Assembly (NCBI GenBank): GCA_973895155.1
Contig: OZ316896.1
Coordinates: 5,593,303-5,657,302 of the forward strand
Direction: 5' to 3'
DNA from: Marsupella aquatica
Lineage: Eukaryota; Plantae; Marchantiophyta
DNA: 64,000 nt
Shown piece after piece: positions 62,904 to 64,000 of the stretch. A program made the position numbers and the translations under genes. Position 1 is the stretch's first letter. Each line of letters begins with the position of its first letter. The notes beneath the pieces were generated by a model. The model did no database searches. It was given only the letters and a program-made list of their open reading frames with translations, and was not told where the DNA came from.

Positions 62904-64000
62904 CAGTTTCTTCACTTGATTCCATAGCCTTTGAAGAAGTTCCGCGTTCAGTAGACTCAAGTCAAAAGTGATGCTCAGATTTCTCGTTAGATTTCTTGAT
63001 CAAAAAGCTCTTGACCAATTAGGACTGTTGAGCATGGAGCTACGTGGAAGTGAGCCTTAGGACTGATTGAAGCTAGGTTTTTCTTTCAGACAGTGGTGTC
63101 GATTTTTTCTTCAGACATTAGTGTCTTCAGCTTAATGGAAAATTAATATCATTTCTGAGACTAGGAAGAAAGCATTGAGGAGGAAGACGCCATAGAAATG
63201 ATATTATCTCTCCAGGATCTTAGAATTTAGACAATGTCCTTAGTAAACTAATTCATCTCGACTTCAGGGTTGAGGATTTGGAGGCATTTCCAAAGTATCC
63301 CAGCTCAGCATTCTCAGGATTCAATTGGGCTGGCAAAACTAGTTTCACCCAAACCATACAAATGAAGACTCCTGAGATATAAGAGCATCAGATATTTCAA
63401 TTCTCAATTTGTCACCTGCCACGTTAGTATATTCACGAAATGCGTTTTGTTATTCACATAGTTTTCAAAAATTTCATAACTATATAATTATATTTTTGTT
63501 CATAATAGTCAATGTGTTTCGTGGATATACTGGCGTGGGCGAGTGACAAATTGCATCGCATATAAACAATTTATGGATATGAAAAACAAAAATCATGAAA
63601 TATCAAAACTTGGAAACAAGTATGAACCAAGTAAGTTGGAGCTAGAGGAGCGTGGAGGAGGGGCTGGAAACAAGGGAGGAGAACATCAACTGAGGCATGT
63701 TAAAATTGGCAGAGCTTTCAGATTCAGATACAAAAGATGATTTTGCTTTGACATAGGACAAGAGTCACTCCTCTATTGTGTCATGGGGTGGCATCAAGTT
63801 CAAATACCACATGTAAGCTTAAACCCAAATAGCAAGTGGTCCAATTTTATATGTTGATAAGTTGCAGGCCAATGGATTCCTTGCTAAGATTAATTCAATC
63901 CCTCTTTGGCGAGAAAGAGTAATAGTTGCAAGGCTCAAGAGATAGGGTTGGGCAGGGGTTGAGCAGCCAATCCCACACATTTTTCCTGTCCTTGTGATTG

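Overview
Eukaryotic land-plant genomic DNA with GT-AG spliced genes; it looks bryophyte/liverwort-like, which is an inference from protein style only. Host genes: an R2R3-MYB (+), a multi-exon plastid alpha-glucan water dikinase GWD (-), an intronless cyclin H (+), a SANTA-domain KNL2-like gene (-), an MDR-family enoyl/quinone reductase (+) and an AVT1-type amino-acid transporter (+). There are also Helitron and Ty3/Gypsy remnants and several tandem repeats. The stand-out feature is a ~9 kb Ty3/Gypsy retrotransposon (20092-29068, minus strand, 4-bp GTTC target-site duplication). Its Pol contains a DNMT3-like C5 cytosine methyltransferase between protease and RT, and its integrase ends in a PHD finger. 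It does not have two ordinary LTRs. Its ends form a split/permuted B...A-B-A repeat, as if a 2-LTR circle had been opened and integrated at an internal CA-nn-TG site. It also has a self-complementary primer site rather than a tRNA PBS. All coordinates and alignments were read by eye.
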